A stretch of 64,000 nucleotides of DNA from Gemmatimonadales bacterium (GCA_036555275.1 DATBLR010000091.1:8888-72887); one strand, 5' to 3'; counted from the first letter of the stretch, positions 47,223-57,295 are shown. The notes: generated by a model from the letters alone, not told the origin. Numbers and translations are program-made.

Positions 47223-47701
47223 CGGGAGAACCGCCGGCGGAGCGCGTCCGCCACGACCGGGTGGACCAGCGAGGAGACATCCCCACCGTAGCGTGCCACC
47301 TCCCGCACCAGGCTCGAGCTCAGGTAGGTGGCATCCTCGGGCGGCACCAGAAACACGGTCTCCAGCCCAGGGAGCAGATGGCGGTTCATCATGGCCATCT
47401 GGAACTCGTATTCGAAATCACTCACCGCACGCAGCCCCCGCACGATGAGGGTGGCGCCCACCTCCCGGGCAAAGTCCACCAGCAGCCCCCCGAACGAGGC
47501 GAAGCTGATCCGGGGGTCGCTGCCGATCGCCACCCTGAGCATCTCCAGGCGTTCCTCCAGGCTGAACAGCGGCTCCTTGGCCGAGTTGCGGGCCACCGCG
47601 ACGATGACCCGGTCGGCCAGGACGAGGCTCCGGTGCACGAGGTCACTGTGGCCTCGGGTGGGCGGATCGAAGGAGCCCGGGTAGACGGCGGTCCGTATCA
47701 T
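47219..47701 (-). CDS. coaD: phosphopantetheine adenylyltransferase
   Basis: 160 aa. AVYPGSFDPPTRGHSDLV, ISSSLVREV. Confidence 0.93.
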   Translation of the reverse strand: MIRTAVYPGSFDPPTRGHSDLVHRSLVLADRVIVAVARNSAKEPLFSLEERLEMLRVAIGSDPRISFASFGGLLVDFAREVGATLIVRGLRAVSDFEYEFQMAMMNRHLLPGLETVFLVPPEDATYLSSSLVREVARYGGDVSSLVHPVVADALRRRFSR

Positions 47702-48213
47702 GGCGCGTAGCAGAAGGTGATGGCGGTGTCGCCGTACCGGCGGGTGTCGTCCCCCGCCAGCGTGGTTCGGACCGGATGCTCCACCGCCAGAATGCGCGCA
47801 AACGCGTTCTGGCGGAAGAGGGCCACGAGCCGGGCGGCGTCGTCCCGGGAGTAGGGCGGATCGGCAAAGGCCACGTCGTAGCTGCCGGGCGCGAGCCGGG
47901 CGGCGAAGCGCAACGCATCGGCCCGGTGCACCGTCGCCCGGCTGGCGAGCCCCAGTGCGGTGATGTTGGCCCGCAGGGCCGCTAGCGATGACGGCGCCAG
48001 GTCGACGAAATCCGCACTGGCCGCGCCGCGGGAGAGCGCCTCGATGCCCAGGGCCCCGCTACCGGCGAACAAATCCAGAATCCGGCTCCCGGGGAGGGCG
48101 TCCTGGAGGATGCTCATCCAGGCCTCGCGCACTCGGTCCGACGTGGGGCGAACCCGGGAATCCCTCGGCACCTCGAGCCTGCGGCCGCCGAGCTGCCCAC
48201 CGACGATACGCAC
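47698..48213 (-). CDS. rsmD: 16S rRNA (guanine966-N2)-methyltransferase
   Basis: 171 aa. RPTSDRVREAWMSIL, DLFAGSGALGIEALSRGA, DPPY. Confidence 0.9.
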   Translation of the reverse strand: MRIVGGQLGGRRLEVPRDSRVRPTSDRVREAWMSILQDALPGSRILDLFAGSGALGIEALSRGAASADFVDLAPSSLAALRANITALGLASRATVHRADALRFAARLAPGSYDVAFADPPYSRDDAARLVALFRQNAFARILAVEHPVRTTLAGDDTRRYGDTAITFCYAP

Positions 48214-48217
48214 GGGC

Positions 48218-50002
48218 TCAGACGGGAGGGGCAGAAGAGGCAGAAGGGGCGGGAGGGGCGGGAGCAGCGCCCGCCTCTCCCGCCGCCCCCGCTTCCGCCA
48301 CCGTCAAGGCGACGATTCGAGCTTGCAGCGTGATCTCTCCCTGGAATTCGTTCTGCTCCAGCCGGTAGGCGGCGTCCACGACCTCGGTACTGGGGGCGCG
48401 ATCGGCCCAGTGGAAGCCAATGGCGGGGAGTCGCCCACCCGGCGTAGCCAAGGTCGCCTTGAGGTGACCACTCCCGACCCGCCTGGCTGCCTCGAGCCGG
48501 ACGCTCCTGGTCCCGAAGACGGGGCTGGGGTTTCCCATGCCGCAGGGCTCGAGGTAGCGGCACAGTCGCTCCAGATCCGGATTGATCTCCCCCAGGTCGA
48601 GGACCAGATCCACCCGCTGTTCGGGCCCCAGGTCAAAATCGCTCAGGGACTCGCGGGCCACCGCGGCGAACCGCTCGCGGAAGGCGTCGAGCCGATCCCG
48701 GCGCAACGTCAGGCCGGCCGCCATGTGATGCCCGCCGAAGCGCTCCAGCAGATCCCCACAGCGATGCAACGCGGCATGCAGGTCAAAGCGCGAGATGCTC
48801 CGGCCACTGCCCTTGCCGATCTCGCCATCCAGCGCAATGAGAAACGCGGGCCGGCCGTAGCGCTCCACCACGCGCGAGGCCACGATCCCCACCACGCCCG
48901 GATGCCAGGTCTCCGAGGCGAGCACCAGCGCGGTGTCGCGCCCGGGATCCCGCTCCCGCTCCACCTGGCTGATGGCCTCCTCGAGGATTCGCTGGTCCAG
49001 CCCCTGCCGTTCGGCGTTGAGACGCTCCAGCATCGCGGCCAGCCGCGCCGCCTCGGCCTCGTCGTCGGTCAGCAGCAGTCGCAGGCCATCGTTGGCGTCC
49101 CCCACCCGGCCGGCGGCGTTGAGTCGCGGTGCGAGAATGAACCCCACCTGCCCCGCCCGGATCTCCCGTCCTTCCAGGCCGCTGGCCCGGATGAGGGCCC
49201 GGATTCCGGGCCAGCGGCTGTCCGACAGGAGCTTGAGCCCCTGTCGCACCAGCACCCGATTCTCGCCGACCAGCGGCACGATATCCGCCACCGTCGCCAG
49301 CGCGACCAGATCGAGAAAGTGGTACGGGAGGTTGGCGGGCAGCCCCAGTTCCGGAACCAGCGCCTGGACCAGCTTGAAGGCGATCCCGGTCCCGCACAGG
49401 GATCCGAGGCCGGAGGTGTCGTCCTCGCGTTGAGGATCGACGATGGCCCGTGCGCGGGGGAGCGTTGGGCCGGGCAGGTGATGGTCGGTGATCACCACTT
49501 CGATGCCCGCGGCCCGGCCCATGTCCACCGCATCGAGGGCGGTGATCCCGCAGTCGCACGTGATGATGAGCCCGGCGCCCGCCGCCCGCGCCGCGGCGAT
49601 CCCGGCCGTGCCGAGGTCGTACCCGTCCCGCAGCCGGTGGGGAAGGAACGGGGTGACCCGGGCGCCAGCGGCGCGGAGCGCGCGGGTCAGCAGCGTGGTA
49701 GCGCACTGGCCGTCGACATCGTAGTCGCCGTGGACCAGAATCCCCGTTCCGGCACGCACCGCCTGGCGAATGGCGGCGACCGCCTCCGTCATCCCGGCAA
49801 GCGCCCCGGGCGGGGCCAGATCGTCGAGCGTCGGGCGAAGAAAGCGGCGGGCCGCCTCGGGCGTCTCCAGCCCCCGTCGGGCCAGCAGCGCGGCCAGGGC
49901 ATGAGCGACACCCAGGCCGTGGGCGAGCGCGGCTACCAGATCCTCGGCGGGCGGGTCTTCGACGACCCAGCGGAGGGCGGGAACCGGGAAGGAGCTACTC
50001 AC
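48218..50002 (-). CDS. recJ: single-stranded-DNA-specific exonuclease RecJ
   Basis: ORF 48218..50050. Likely GTG start at 50002. ILVHGDYDVDGQCATTLL, VVITDHH. The Ala/Pro-rich C-terminal tail is encoded by a purine-rich repeat tract. Confidence 0.9.
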   Translation of the reverse strand: MSSSFPVPALRWVVEDPPAEDLVAALAHGLGVAHALAALLARRGLETPEAARRFLRPTLDDLAPPGALAGMTEAVAAIRQAVRAGTGILVHGDYDVDGQCATTLLTRALRAAGARVTPFLPHRLRDGYDLGTAGIAAARAAGAGLIITCDCGITALDAVDMGRAAGIEVVITDHHLPGPTLPRARAIVDPQREDDTSGLGSLCGTGIAFKLVQALVPELGLPANLPYHFLDLVALATVADIVPLVGENRVLVRQGLKLLSDSRWPGIRALIRASGLEGREIRAGQVGFILAPRLNAAGRVGDANDGLRLLLTDDEAEAARLAAMLERLNAERQGLDQRILEEAISQVERERDPGRDTALVLASETWHPGVVGIVASRVVERYGRPAFLIALDGEIGKGSGRSISRFDLHAALHRCGDLLERFGGHHMAAGLTLRRDRLDAFRERFAAVARESLSDFDLGPEQRVDLVLDLGEINPDLERLCRYLEPCGMGNPSPVFGTRSVRLEAARRVGSGHLKATLATPGGRLPAIGFHWADRAPSTEVVDAAYRLEQNEFQGEITLQARIVALTVAEAGAAGEAGAAPAPPAPSASSAPPV

Positions 50003-50708
50003 CGGAATCGTCGGCGTAGAGGATGACACCGCAGCTCTCACAGAAATCAATCAGCGTGCCGGCGCGGATCTGGCTCCTGCGGTTGAGCGGCACCGTGGTG
50101 AAGCAGGCACCGCAGGCTGCTCCATTGAGCGCCACGACCACCGCGACCGACTTGACCGATCGCAGCCGTTCATAGCGGGTGCGCAGGGCACGGTTCACTT
50201 CGGAAGCGGCTGCGTCGCGGGCAGCCAGCGCGGCGTCACGCCGCGCCTCGGCATCCGCCCGCCGCAGATCGATCTCACCGCGCGCCGTCACCTGCCCCTC
50301 CCGCAGCTCGGCGACCTGCTTCTCCGCCTGCTTCTGGCCCAGCTCCAGGGCGGTAATGACGTCCGCGAGCTTGAGCCACTCGGTCTCTTCCCGGGCGAGC
50401 ACCGAGCGGGCCAGATCCAGCTCGGTAGACACGGCCTGCAGCTCCTTGGGAGAGCGCACCTGCTCCAGCCGTGCCTTGCCGCGCTCTTCGAGTTTCTTGT
50501 AGTTGTCGATTTTTCCCTCCAGCTCCTGCCGACGCCGAACCGCGTCTGCCACCGCCCCCTGGGCTTGCGCCAGCGCACGCTGGGCGTCGGCCAGCTGGAC
50601 GTCGAGTGCCTCGGCCTCGGCCAGGACGCTATCGAGGCCACGATCGGCCTCCAGCAGCGCCACGTCCTTGGCCTGCAGCTCCAGGAGTTTCACGAGATCA
50701 GGGTGCAT
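49995..50708 (-). CDS. coiled-coil protein with C-terminal C4 zinc ribbon (COG1579-like)
   Basis: 237 aa. Long heptad region, then CGACFTTVP...FCESCGVILY. Confidence 0.75.
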   Translation of the reverse strand: MHPDLVKLLELQAKDVALLEADRGLDSVLAEAEALDVQLADAQRALAQAQGAVADAVRRRQELEGKIDNYKKLEERGKARLEQVRSPKELQAVSTELDLARSVLAREETEWLKLADVITALELGQKQAEKQVAELREGQVTARGEIDLRRADAEARRDAALAARDAAASEVNRALRTRYERLRSVKSVAVVVALNGAACGACFTTVPLNRRSQIRAGTLIDFCESCGVILYADDSGE

Positions 50709-50738
50709 GCAGCGTCCTCGGAATAAGAGACCAAGAGA

Positions 50739-50776
50739 GCCGTTGGCCGTCAGCCATTAGCAGTCAGCCGTCAGCG
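50739..50776. repeat. solo tandem heptamer array (CCGTCAG-like x 5) overlapping the dnaG stop
   Basis: gccgttggccgtcagccattagcagtcagccgtcagcg read directly. Confidence 0.8.
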
Positions 50777-52593
50777 TCCTGCGTCGCCCTTCGGCCGCGA
50801 CGCGTGGCCTGAAAACCCAGCGTTCGGAATTCCTCCGGATACTTCAGCTTCAGTTCCCGGGCCTTCTGATCCTTGAGGGCCAGCAGGGCGGACTTCTCCG
50901 CGCCGGTGGCCTGCCGGATCCTTTCGTTAAGCTCCCGCCACGTCTGAAACTCCGACCGGGCCTCGAGTTTGCGGCTTGCGGCCGCGAACAGATTGGCCTG
51001 GCCGGTGTAGTCCAACGGTATATCGGAGCTCGCGAGGCGAAGCCATTCGGCCCTCATTGCGTCGGAGAGAGTCTCCGGCGGGACGGCCACGCCCGGCTCA
51101 CGAAGGGTCAGCAGGACCTCAGCGAGCGCCCGGTACGAGGGCGTTTGAAACCACTCGGTCTGCATCGACTCGCGCCATCGGCTGCGCCATTCGTTGTCGG
51201 TAATCAGCAGCCGGAGCATCTGTTGCTCGGTCCTGGAACCGGCCTTTCGTGCGGGGGATCCTGACGAACTCGGCGGCTCAGCAGCTCGGAGGCCCGGCGG
51301 CTCCGCGGTCCGTGGAGCGGGCGCCTCCGCCGCCTCGTGTTCCAGCACCTTCTTGTCGACCCCGGATCGCTCGGCCACGAGCGAGAGGTAGAGTTCACGC
51401 TGGATCGGGTCCTTGGTGGCGCGAATGGTCGGGAGCAGACGATCCAGGGCGTCGCGCCGATGCTCGATCCCGCTGAACCAGCCCTTGCGGTCGAGCAGCT
51501 GGATCTTCCGTTCCATGATGTCGACCGCATCCCCGAGGATCCCCTCCAGCGCGGCCAATCCGCCACGCTGGACCAGGCTGTCGGGGTCTTCACCGGCGGG
51601 AAGGGTCGCGACCTTGACCCGCGTTTCGTGCCGCAGCAGCTCATCGCCGGCGCGGAAGGTGGCCCGGAGTCCCGCCATGTCGCTGTCGAGCAGCAGAATC
51701 GCCTGCGGAGCGTAGCGCTTGAGCAGGCCGGCCTGGTCCGGTGTCAGCGCGGTGCCCAGTGGAGCCACCACGTTCTCACAACCGGCCAGCACCAGGCGGA
51801 GCACGTCGAAGTATCCCTCCACAACAATGACGGCGCCGTCACGACGGATTGCGTTCTTGGCCGCGTGAAGGTTGTAGAGGGTCTGACCCTTCCTGAAGAT
51901 CGGGCTCTCGGGGGAGTTGAGGTATTTGGGCTCGCCAGGGCCCAGCAGCCGCCCACCGAAGCCCACGACCCGGCCACGCAGATCGTGGATCGGAAACAGC
52001 AGCCGGCCGCGGAACCGGGGGATGATGGTCCCATCCTCGCGACGCGCCAGCAGGCCGGCCTCGAGCATCACCGGCTCCTCCAGCCCGAGCGCCTTCATCG
52101 CCTGGACAAAGCCCTGGGCCCTCGGGGCGAAGCCCAGCTCGAAGGGCTCCACGGTTTCCAGCTCGACGTCCCGTCCCAGCAGGTAGCGTCGGGCATCCTC
52201 GGCGTCCGGCGCGTCGCGCAGCTGGCGGGCGAACCAGTCGTGAGCCATCGCAACGGCCTGGAACAACGGCTCCCGGGGATCGGGACCCTGGCGGGTGGAT
52301 TCCGGGATGACGATCCCGACCTTGCGGGCCACCTCGCGCACCGCCTCGGGATAGTCCAGGCCGAACCGTTTCATGTACCACGAGAACACGTCGCCGGACG
52401 CCTTGCAGACGAAGCAGTAGTAGCGTCCCTTCTTCGGGATCACCGCGAAGTTGCGGTGCTGGCCGCCGTGAAAGGGACAGGGGCCGCGGTAGTCGGAGCC
52501 GGTTCGCTTGAGGTCCACTGATTCGCCGATGATGGTGAGCAGGTCCGCGCTGTCGCGCACCTGCTCGATCACCTCGTCGGGAATCATGCTCAT
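50764..52593 (-). CDS. dnaG: DNA primase
   Basis: 609 aa. Zinc finger CPFHGGQHRNFAVIPKKGRYYCFVCKASGD, TOPRIM (VIVVEGYFDV...LLLDSDMAG). Confidence 0.93.
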   Translation of the reverse strand: MSMIPDEVIEQVRDSADLLTIIGESVDLKRTGSDYRGPCPFHGGQHRNFAVIPKKGRYYCFVCKASGDVFSWYMKRFGLDYPEAVREVARKVGIVIPESTRQGPDPREPLFQAVAMAHDWFARQLRDAPDAEDARRYLLGRDVELETVEPFELGFAPRAQGFVQAMKALGLEEPVMLEAGLLARREDGTIIPRFRGRLLFPIHDLRGRVVGFGGRLLGPGEPKYLNSPESPIFRKGQTLYNLHAAKNAIRRDGAVIVVEGYFDVLRLVLAGCENVVAPLGTALTPDQAGLLKRYAPQAILLLDSDMAGLRATFRAGDELLRHETRVKVATLPAGEDPDSLVQRGGLAALEGILGDAVDIMERKIQLLDRKGWFSGIEHRRDALDRLLPTIRATKDPIQRELYLSLVAERSGVDKKVLEHEAAEAPAPRTAEPPGLRAAEPPSSSGSPARKAGSRTEQQMLRLLITDNEWRSRWRESMQTEWFQTPSYRALAEVLLTLREPGVAVPPETLSDAMRAEWLRLASSDIPLDYTGQANLFAAASRKLEARSEFQTWRELNERIRQATGAEKSALLALKDQKARELKLKYPEEFRTLGFQATRRGRRATQDADG

Positions 52594-55145
52594 GGTGCGA
52601 ACTCCGCCACGGTCACGCCGGTGCCCCCCTGCGTGGGCGGGGCGAACCCGTGGCTCTTCACCCGCCGGTCATGCTGGAGCACCCGCCGCACCCGGTCGCG
52701 CACTACGCCGGTTCCCTTGCCATGGATGATCCGGAGGTACGGTTGTTCCGCGAGCACCGCCCGGTCGAGCGCGGCCACCACGGCCTGCTCGGCCTCGTCG
52801 CCGGTCATGCCACGAAGGTCAATGTCATACGAGGGAGCGGCGGATGAGGTGGATGAGGCGGACGGGCGGACCGGCGGAGCGGCGGACCGGCGGTCTCCCC
52901 TCACTTCGGTGAGGCTGCCGGGATCAACCACCAGTTTCAACGACCCGACCCGCACGACGGCCTTTCCATCCCCCCGAAGTTCCATGAATTCCCCTACCGA
53001 GCCGCTGGCCAGCCGAACCCGGGCGCCCGGCTTCATCCCGTCCGCCGCTCCGCCGGTCCGCCGATCCGCCTCCTCCAAGCTCCTGAGGGCCGCGGCCTCC
53101 GCGGCCGCCGCGGCCTCCACCGCTCGCCGAGCCTCGCGAGCGGCCGCGTCGTCACCCGCCGCCGCTTGCCGAATCGCCGCCTCGACTTTCTCCCGCGCCT
53201 CGAGCAGATAGCTTCGAGCCTGTTCCCGGGCTGCCTTCTCCGCCGCACGCTCCCGCTGGTGGAGCGCCTTGTCGCGAAGTGCCTGGGTCTCCTCCCGGGC
53301 CACCTGCGCCGCGGCCCGCGATTCTACCTCGGACAGCCGGGCCGAGAGCTCCTGTTCCCGTGCGCGCAGCTCCCGCTCCCGCTGTTCGACCGCGCTGAGC
53401 AGGGCGTCGAGATTCCGCTCCGCCTCGGGGACCTGGGTCTCGGCATCGGCCAGCACATCCTCCCGAAGGCCCAGCCGCCGGGCGATGGCCAGGCCGTAGG
53501 AGCGCCCGGGAACGCCCTTCAGCAGCCGATAGGTAGGCTGGAGCGTCGCGGCGTCGAACTGGAGCGAGGCGTTGACGATGCCTGGCGCGACGGTCGCCAG
53601 GCGCTTGAGGGCGCCGAGATGGGTCGTGGCAAGGGTAATGGCTCCGCGACGGGTCAGCGCGATCAGCGCAGCTCCGGCCAGCGCCCCACCTTCGGCGGGA
53701 TCGGTGCCGCCTCCGATCTCATCGATCAGCACCAGGGTCTCGTCGTCCGCCTCGTCGAGGATGACGCGGAGGGCAGTGATGTGGGCGCTGAAGGTCGAGA
53801 GGCTCGCGGCGATCGACTGCCGATCACCGATGTCGGCGTAAACCCGCGTGAACACGGGGAGAGCACTCCCCGGCCCGATCGGCGGAATGATCCCGCTCTG
53901 AGTCAGCGCCACGCTCAATCCCACCGCCTTGAGCAGCACCGACTTCCCGCCGGTGTTGGGGCCGGAGAGGAGGACGCAGCGTTCATTGCCTTCCAACGTC
54001 AGGTCAAAAGGGACGACGTCCGGGCGGCTCGGCGGCTCGGCTCGGCGGCTCGAGGGCTCGGTTGCACGGCTTGGTAGACTGGCGGGGCCAGGTGGGCCGG
54101 CCGAGCCGGCGAGCAACAACGGATGCCGCCCGTTCACGATCCTGAGCTCCGCGGGCGCCGCGGAGACCTGCGGTGCGTGGCCGTCAACATCCACGGCCCA
54201 GCGTGCCCGGGCCACCAGATCGTCCAGCGCCACGCAGGCGGCGTGCAATGCTTCGAGCTCAGCATGTGCGGGGCGCAGCATGTCGGTGAGCTCCCGGAAG
54301 ATGCGCAGCTCCTCCCGCGCCGCCCGGGACTCAGCCTCGCGAAGCGCGTTCCCCAGCTCGATCGCGGCCGTCGGCTCGAGGTAGAGCGTTGCACCGCTCG
54401 CCGATTCGCCGTGCACGAGGCCTTCGGGCCGGCCCCGCAGATCGCGGGGCACCGGGATCACATAACGTCCTTCCCGGAGGGTGACCCCGGCTTCGGCGCC
54501 CGTGGCGCGAAGAATCGCCTCCAGCTTCTGGACCAGTCGCTCGCGCGCGCTGCGGATGTCGCTGCGGGCGGCCGCAAGCCCCGGGCTGGCAGTGTCGCGG
54601 AGGGTTGCGTCATCGTCGAGGGCCTGCTCCAGCCGCCGCTCGAATGCCTTGTCCGGGGCGGGCAGCTCAAGGCTCGCCAGGTGCGGCGCCCACGGCAGCA
54701 CCCGGCGAAGCTCGCCCATGACCACCCGGGCCGCGGTGAGCGTCCGCCGCACCGCCAGGAGTTCGGGTCCGTCGAGCACGCTGCCGCCAATCCGGAGCCG
54801 GGCCAGCACCGGGGCAAGCGCCGGCACCGGCTCCGCCACCATTCCCTTCCCCTCCCGAGCCAGTCTCGCCAGCTCCTCCACCCGCAGCAACTCCTCGCGG
54901 ATCCAAACCGGATCTCGCCGTGGACTCCTGCCGCGCACACTCGCCGCGCCTAACTCACCGGCTGCCCGCTCGGCGATCTCCTCGACGACCGCGGCGAACT
55001 CGAGCGCCTCAAGCGCCTCGGCCCACTCGTCGGCTCCTGCCGCCGCGTCGCCGAGCCGCCGAGCCGCCGAAACAGCGGACGGGGTGCCAGCGTCCGCGGA
55101 CACTAGCACCCCGTCGGGGAGTTTGATCTGGGTCTGGTCGGTCAT
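52590..55145 (-). CDS. mutS2: endonuclease MutS2 (MutS domain V ATPase + Smr)
   Basis: ORF 52590..55340. Likely start is MTDQTQIKLPDG at 55145. LLSGPNTGGKSVLLKAVGL, LIDEIGGGTDP, C-terminal Smr IDLRGMTGDEAEQAV...LRIIHGKGTG. Confidence 0.92.
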   Translation of the reverse strand: MTDQTQIKLPDGVLVSADAGTPSAVSAARRLGDAAAGADEWAEALEALEFAAVVEEIAERAAGELGAASVRGRSPRRDPVWIREELLRVEELARLAREGKGMVAEPVPALAPVLARLRIGGSVLDGPELLAVRRTLTAARVVMGELRRVLPWAPHLASLELPAPDKAFERRLEQALDDDATLRDTASPGLAAARSDIRSARERLVQKLEAILRATGAEAGVTLREGRYVIPVPRDLRGRPEGLVHGESASGATLYLEPTAAIELGNALREAESRAAREELRIFRELTDMLRPAHAELEALHAACVALDDLVARARWAVDVDGHAPQVSAAPAELRIVNGRHPLLLAGSAGPPGPASLPSRATEPSSRRAEPPSRPDVVPFDLTLEGNERCVLLSGPNTGGKSVLLKAVGLSVALTQSGIIPPIGPGSALPVFTRVYADIGDRQSIAASLSTFSAHITALRVILDEADDETLVLIDEIGGGTDPAEGGALAGAALIALTRRGAITLATTHLGALKRLATVAPGIVNASLQFDAATLQPTYRLLKGVPGRSYGLAIARRLGLREDVLADAETQVPEAERNLDALLSAVEQRERELRAREQELSARLSEVESRAAAQVAREETQALRDKALHQRERAAEKAAREQARSYLLEAREKVEAAIRQAAAGDDAAAREARRAVEAAAAAEAAALRSLEEADRRTGGAADGMKPGARVRLASGSVGEFMELRGDGKAVVRVGSLKLVVDPGSLTEVRGDRRSAAPPVRPSASSTSSAAPSYDIDLRGMTGDEAEQAVVAALDRAVLAEQPYLRIIHGKGTGVVRDRVRRVLQHDRRVKSHGFAPPTQGGTGVTVAEFAP

Positions 55146-55204
55146 CCCGCCTGAAGTCCGGCGAGCGACACGGGTCTCTTGCTCATGACGGCCATGGAAG
55201 GGAA

Positions 55205-55405
55205 TCAAATCCGTGGCGGGCGCGGATAGGTGCGGCGAGTCTTGCGGTGCGCCGCGTTCTGCTTTCGTTTCCGCTTCTCGCTGGGTTTCTCGTAGTGGCG
55301 ATGTTTGCGCAAATCGGAGAGAATCCCGGCTTTTTCGCACTTCTTCTTGAACCGCTTGAGGGCCCGTTCAAAGCTCTCGTCATCATGGATGATGACTTCG
55401 GACAT
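55205..55405 (-). CDS. rpsU: 30S ribosomal protein S21
   Basis: ORF 55205..55486. Start is [48 protein letters not shown] at 55405. Confidence 0.92.
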   Translation of the reverse strand: MSEVIIHDDESFERALKRFKKKCEKAGILSDLRKHRHYEKPSEKRKRKQNAAHRKTRRTYPRPPRI

Positions 55406-55510
55406 CCCAGGACTCACCCCTCTCGACCGCCGATGGCGTATGGTGTTGAGGGATGGGAACTTAGAGGGGAGAATCGCGAAAGGCAACGGGCGGATGTGAT
55501 CCGCGTGCTC

Positions 55511-55532
55511 GGGGCCGCATGCATGCGGCCAC
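55511..55532. repeat. GC-rich palindrome family member (GGGGCCGCATGCATGCGGCCAC) at the 3' end of the SBP-OmpA gene
   Basis: Read directly; possible terminator-like hairpin without a U-tract. Confidence 0.85.
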
Positions 55533-57184
55533 TACTCCAGCGTGAACCACTGCACCTCGACGCGGCGGTTCTGCTCCGGGTCGGTACCCGCCGGTTCATC
55601 CCAACCCCGACCGACGATCTCGATGCGCTTGGGATCGACGCCGTGTTTCTGGATCAGGAGGCGCTGGATCTCCCCGGCCCGGTCGCGGGACAGCTCCACC
55701 GCCTTGAGCGCCATCTGCCGCACGAACGCCTCGCCACCCCTCTTTCGGAATTCTTCCACCAGCGAATTGTCAACGTGGCCGCGCAGCAGGATGGTCGAGC
55801 CCGGGCTCACCGTGAGCAACTGCTTGATGGCCTCCAGGTTTTTCAGGTTCTCGGCCTGGGCCAGGTCCAGCACCGCGGAGTTGGGCTGAAACAGGAAGCG
55901 GATGTCCTTGGAAAGCAGGGGATCGTTCTCGACGCTTCCAGGGCCGCCGGTCTTGATCGGGGCAATCGCGATCTTCTGGTCCTTGAAGAGACCCGCCTTG
56001 TCCAGGGCGGTCAGGGCCGCGAGATCGGCGAATCGCGCCGGATCGGCCGCGTCCTTGATCAGGTCGCTGCCATAGGCATACACCGCGGACTGGTAGATGC
56101 CGCCGAAGCTGCCGGCGGCGTCGATCGACCCGTTGAAGAAGGCCAGGTTCTCGGGCAGGTTCGCGAGGTGGACCTTCGCCAGCTCGGCGCGGGCCTGGTC
56201 GGGCGTCCATTTGAAGGCCTGGGCCACGACGGCGAGCTGGCTCTCAGGGTTGTCGCGGACCATGCGGTTCCCCTCCAGCAGGGCCCGGACGATCCCCTCC
56301 ACCATCCGGGGATGCTGCTCGGCAAAGCCCTGGTTCAGGACCAGGATATCGGCGATGATGAGCAGATTCCGGTTACTGGTGAGGAGCCGCGCCTTGCCGC
56401 CGCTCTGGGCGATGACTTCCGAGGTCTTGGGCTCCCAGGTCATCGCCCCGGCGAACCGTCCCTTACCACCCTTCAGGTCGGCGAGGAAGAGATCCCCGGC
56501 AGCAAACCCGTCATCGGTGTAGACCAGGTTGAGCCGATCCGGGCTGGGGGTCGCGTCCCCGCTGCCCAGCGTCGCGATGGAGAGCCCCGCCTCCTGGGCC
56601 AGATAGCGAATGAAGAAGTCGGTCTCGGTGAACTGGGCCGCGACGACAGTTTTTCCCCGCAGGGCGTTGACTCGGCGGACGTCGTTCAGCACCACCAGGC
56701 CGTCGGCCCCGCGAGAGAAGCCGATCTGGGCCGGCACCTTCACCTTGAACTGGCGGCCGTACACGGCCAGGACATCGGCGGTCGTCACCGAACCGGCCAG
56801 CTTGCCGCTGTTGAGCGCCGACCAGCTCTCCTCCTCGCTCACGCTGAGCCGCACCCGGCAACCGCAGTACCGGGTGAACAAAGAGCCCGGCCCGGGCTCC
56901 AGTCCGCCGTTGGCGGCGATCAGGCCCGCGTAGCCGGCGTACTCGCTGATTTCGATGGGGACAACGCTGTCAACTTTCAGCTCGAAGGCCGCCGCCGGTG
57001 CCAGGGTCGGCACTTCCGTCTGCACTTCACTGACCGTCGCGGCGGGCTCTTCCCGGCCCGGCAGGCTTGGCAGGTGGACGGATCGACCCCGGAGCAGCTG
57101 CGCCCCGAAGTAGATCAGACCGCCGATCAGGGCGAGGGAAAAGAGCTTGCCGAGAAAGGTGAAGCGGGGGGCGTTGTCGGCCAT
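55532..57184 (-). CDS. membrane-anchored periplasmic substrate-binding-like domain fused to a C-terminal OmpA/MotB peptidoglycan-binding domain
   Basis: 550 aa. N-terminal TM (LGKLFSLALIGGLIYFGAQLL). The central region resembles NMT1/SsuA-type binding proteins by eye only. C-terminal OmpA-like: ILLRGHVDN...SRDRAGEIQRLLIQKHGVDPKRIEIVGRGWDEP...NRRVEVQWF. Confidence 0.7.
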   Translation of the reverse strand: MADNAPRFTFLGKLFSLALIGGLIYFGAQLLRGRSVHLPSLPGREEPAATVSEVQTEVPTLAPAAAFELKVDSVVPIEISEYAGYAGLIAANGGLEPGPGSLFTRYCGCRVRLSVSEEESWSALNSGKLAGSVTTADVLAVYGRQFKVKVPAQIGFSRGADGLVVLNDVRRVNALRGKTVVAAQFTETDFFIRYLAQEAGLSIATLGSGDATPSPDRLNLVYTDDGFAAGDLFLADLKGGKGRFAGAMTWEPKTSEVIAQSGGKARLLTSNRNLLIIADILVLNQGFAEQHPRMVEGIVRALLEGNRMVRDNPESQLAVVAQAFKWTPDQARAELAKVHLANLPENLAFFNGSIDAAGSFGGIYQSAVYAYGSDLIKDAADPARFADLAALTALDKAGLFKDQKIAIAPIKTGGPGSVENDPLLSKDIRFLFQPNSAVLDLAQAENLKNLEAIKQLLTVSPGSTILLRGHVDNSLVEEFRKRGGEAFVRQMALKAVELSRDRAGEIQRLLIQKHGVDPKRIEIVGRGWDEPAGTDPEQNRRVEVQWFTLE

Positions 57185-57198
57185 GGCGGTTCCGGTCA

Positions 57199-57237
57199 GG
57201 GCTATCGCTATCGGCTATCGGCTATCGGCTATCGGCC
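57199..57237. repeat. solo tandem heptamer array (GGCTATC x 5) just upstream of the SBP-OmpA gene start
   Basis: gggctatcgctatcggctatcggctatcggctatcggcc read directly. Confidence 0.92.
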
Positions 57238-57244
57238 GCGGCAT

Positions 57245-57293
57245 GATCGCAGCGGGCCGCATCGCTGCGGGCCGCATCGCTGCGGCCCCTACC
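57245..57293. repeat. tandem 15-mer (GCGGGCCGCATCGCT x 2+) ending in GGCCCCTACCC; variant of the GC-rich palindrome family, at the pspA 3' end
   Basis: atcgcagcgggccgcatcgctgcgggccgcatcgctgcggcccctaccc read directly. Confidence 0.85.
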
Positions 57294-57295
57294 CA

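Noticed and set aside
48220-48300. Purine-rich tract at the recJ 3' end (ggcagaagaggcagaaggggcgggaggggcggg) as another heptamer array.
   Set aside because: The periodicity is weak and irregular. It may just encode an Ala/Pro/Gly-rich tail, so it is mentioned only in the recJ evidence.
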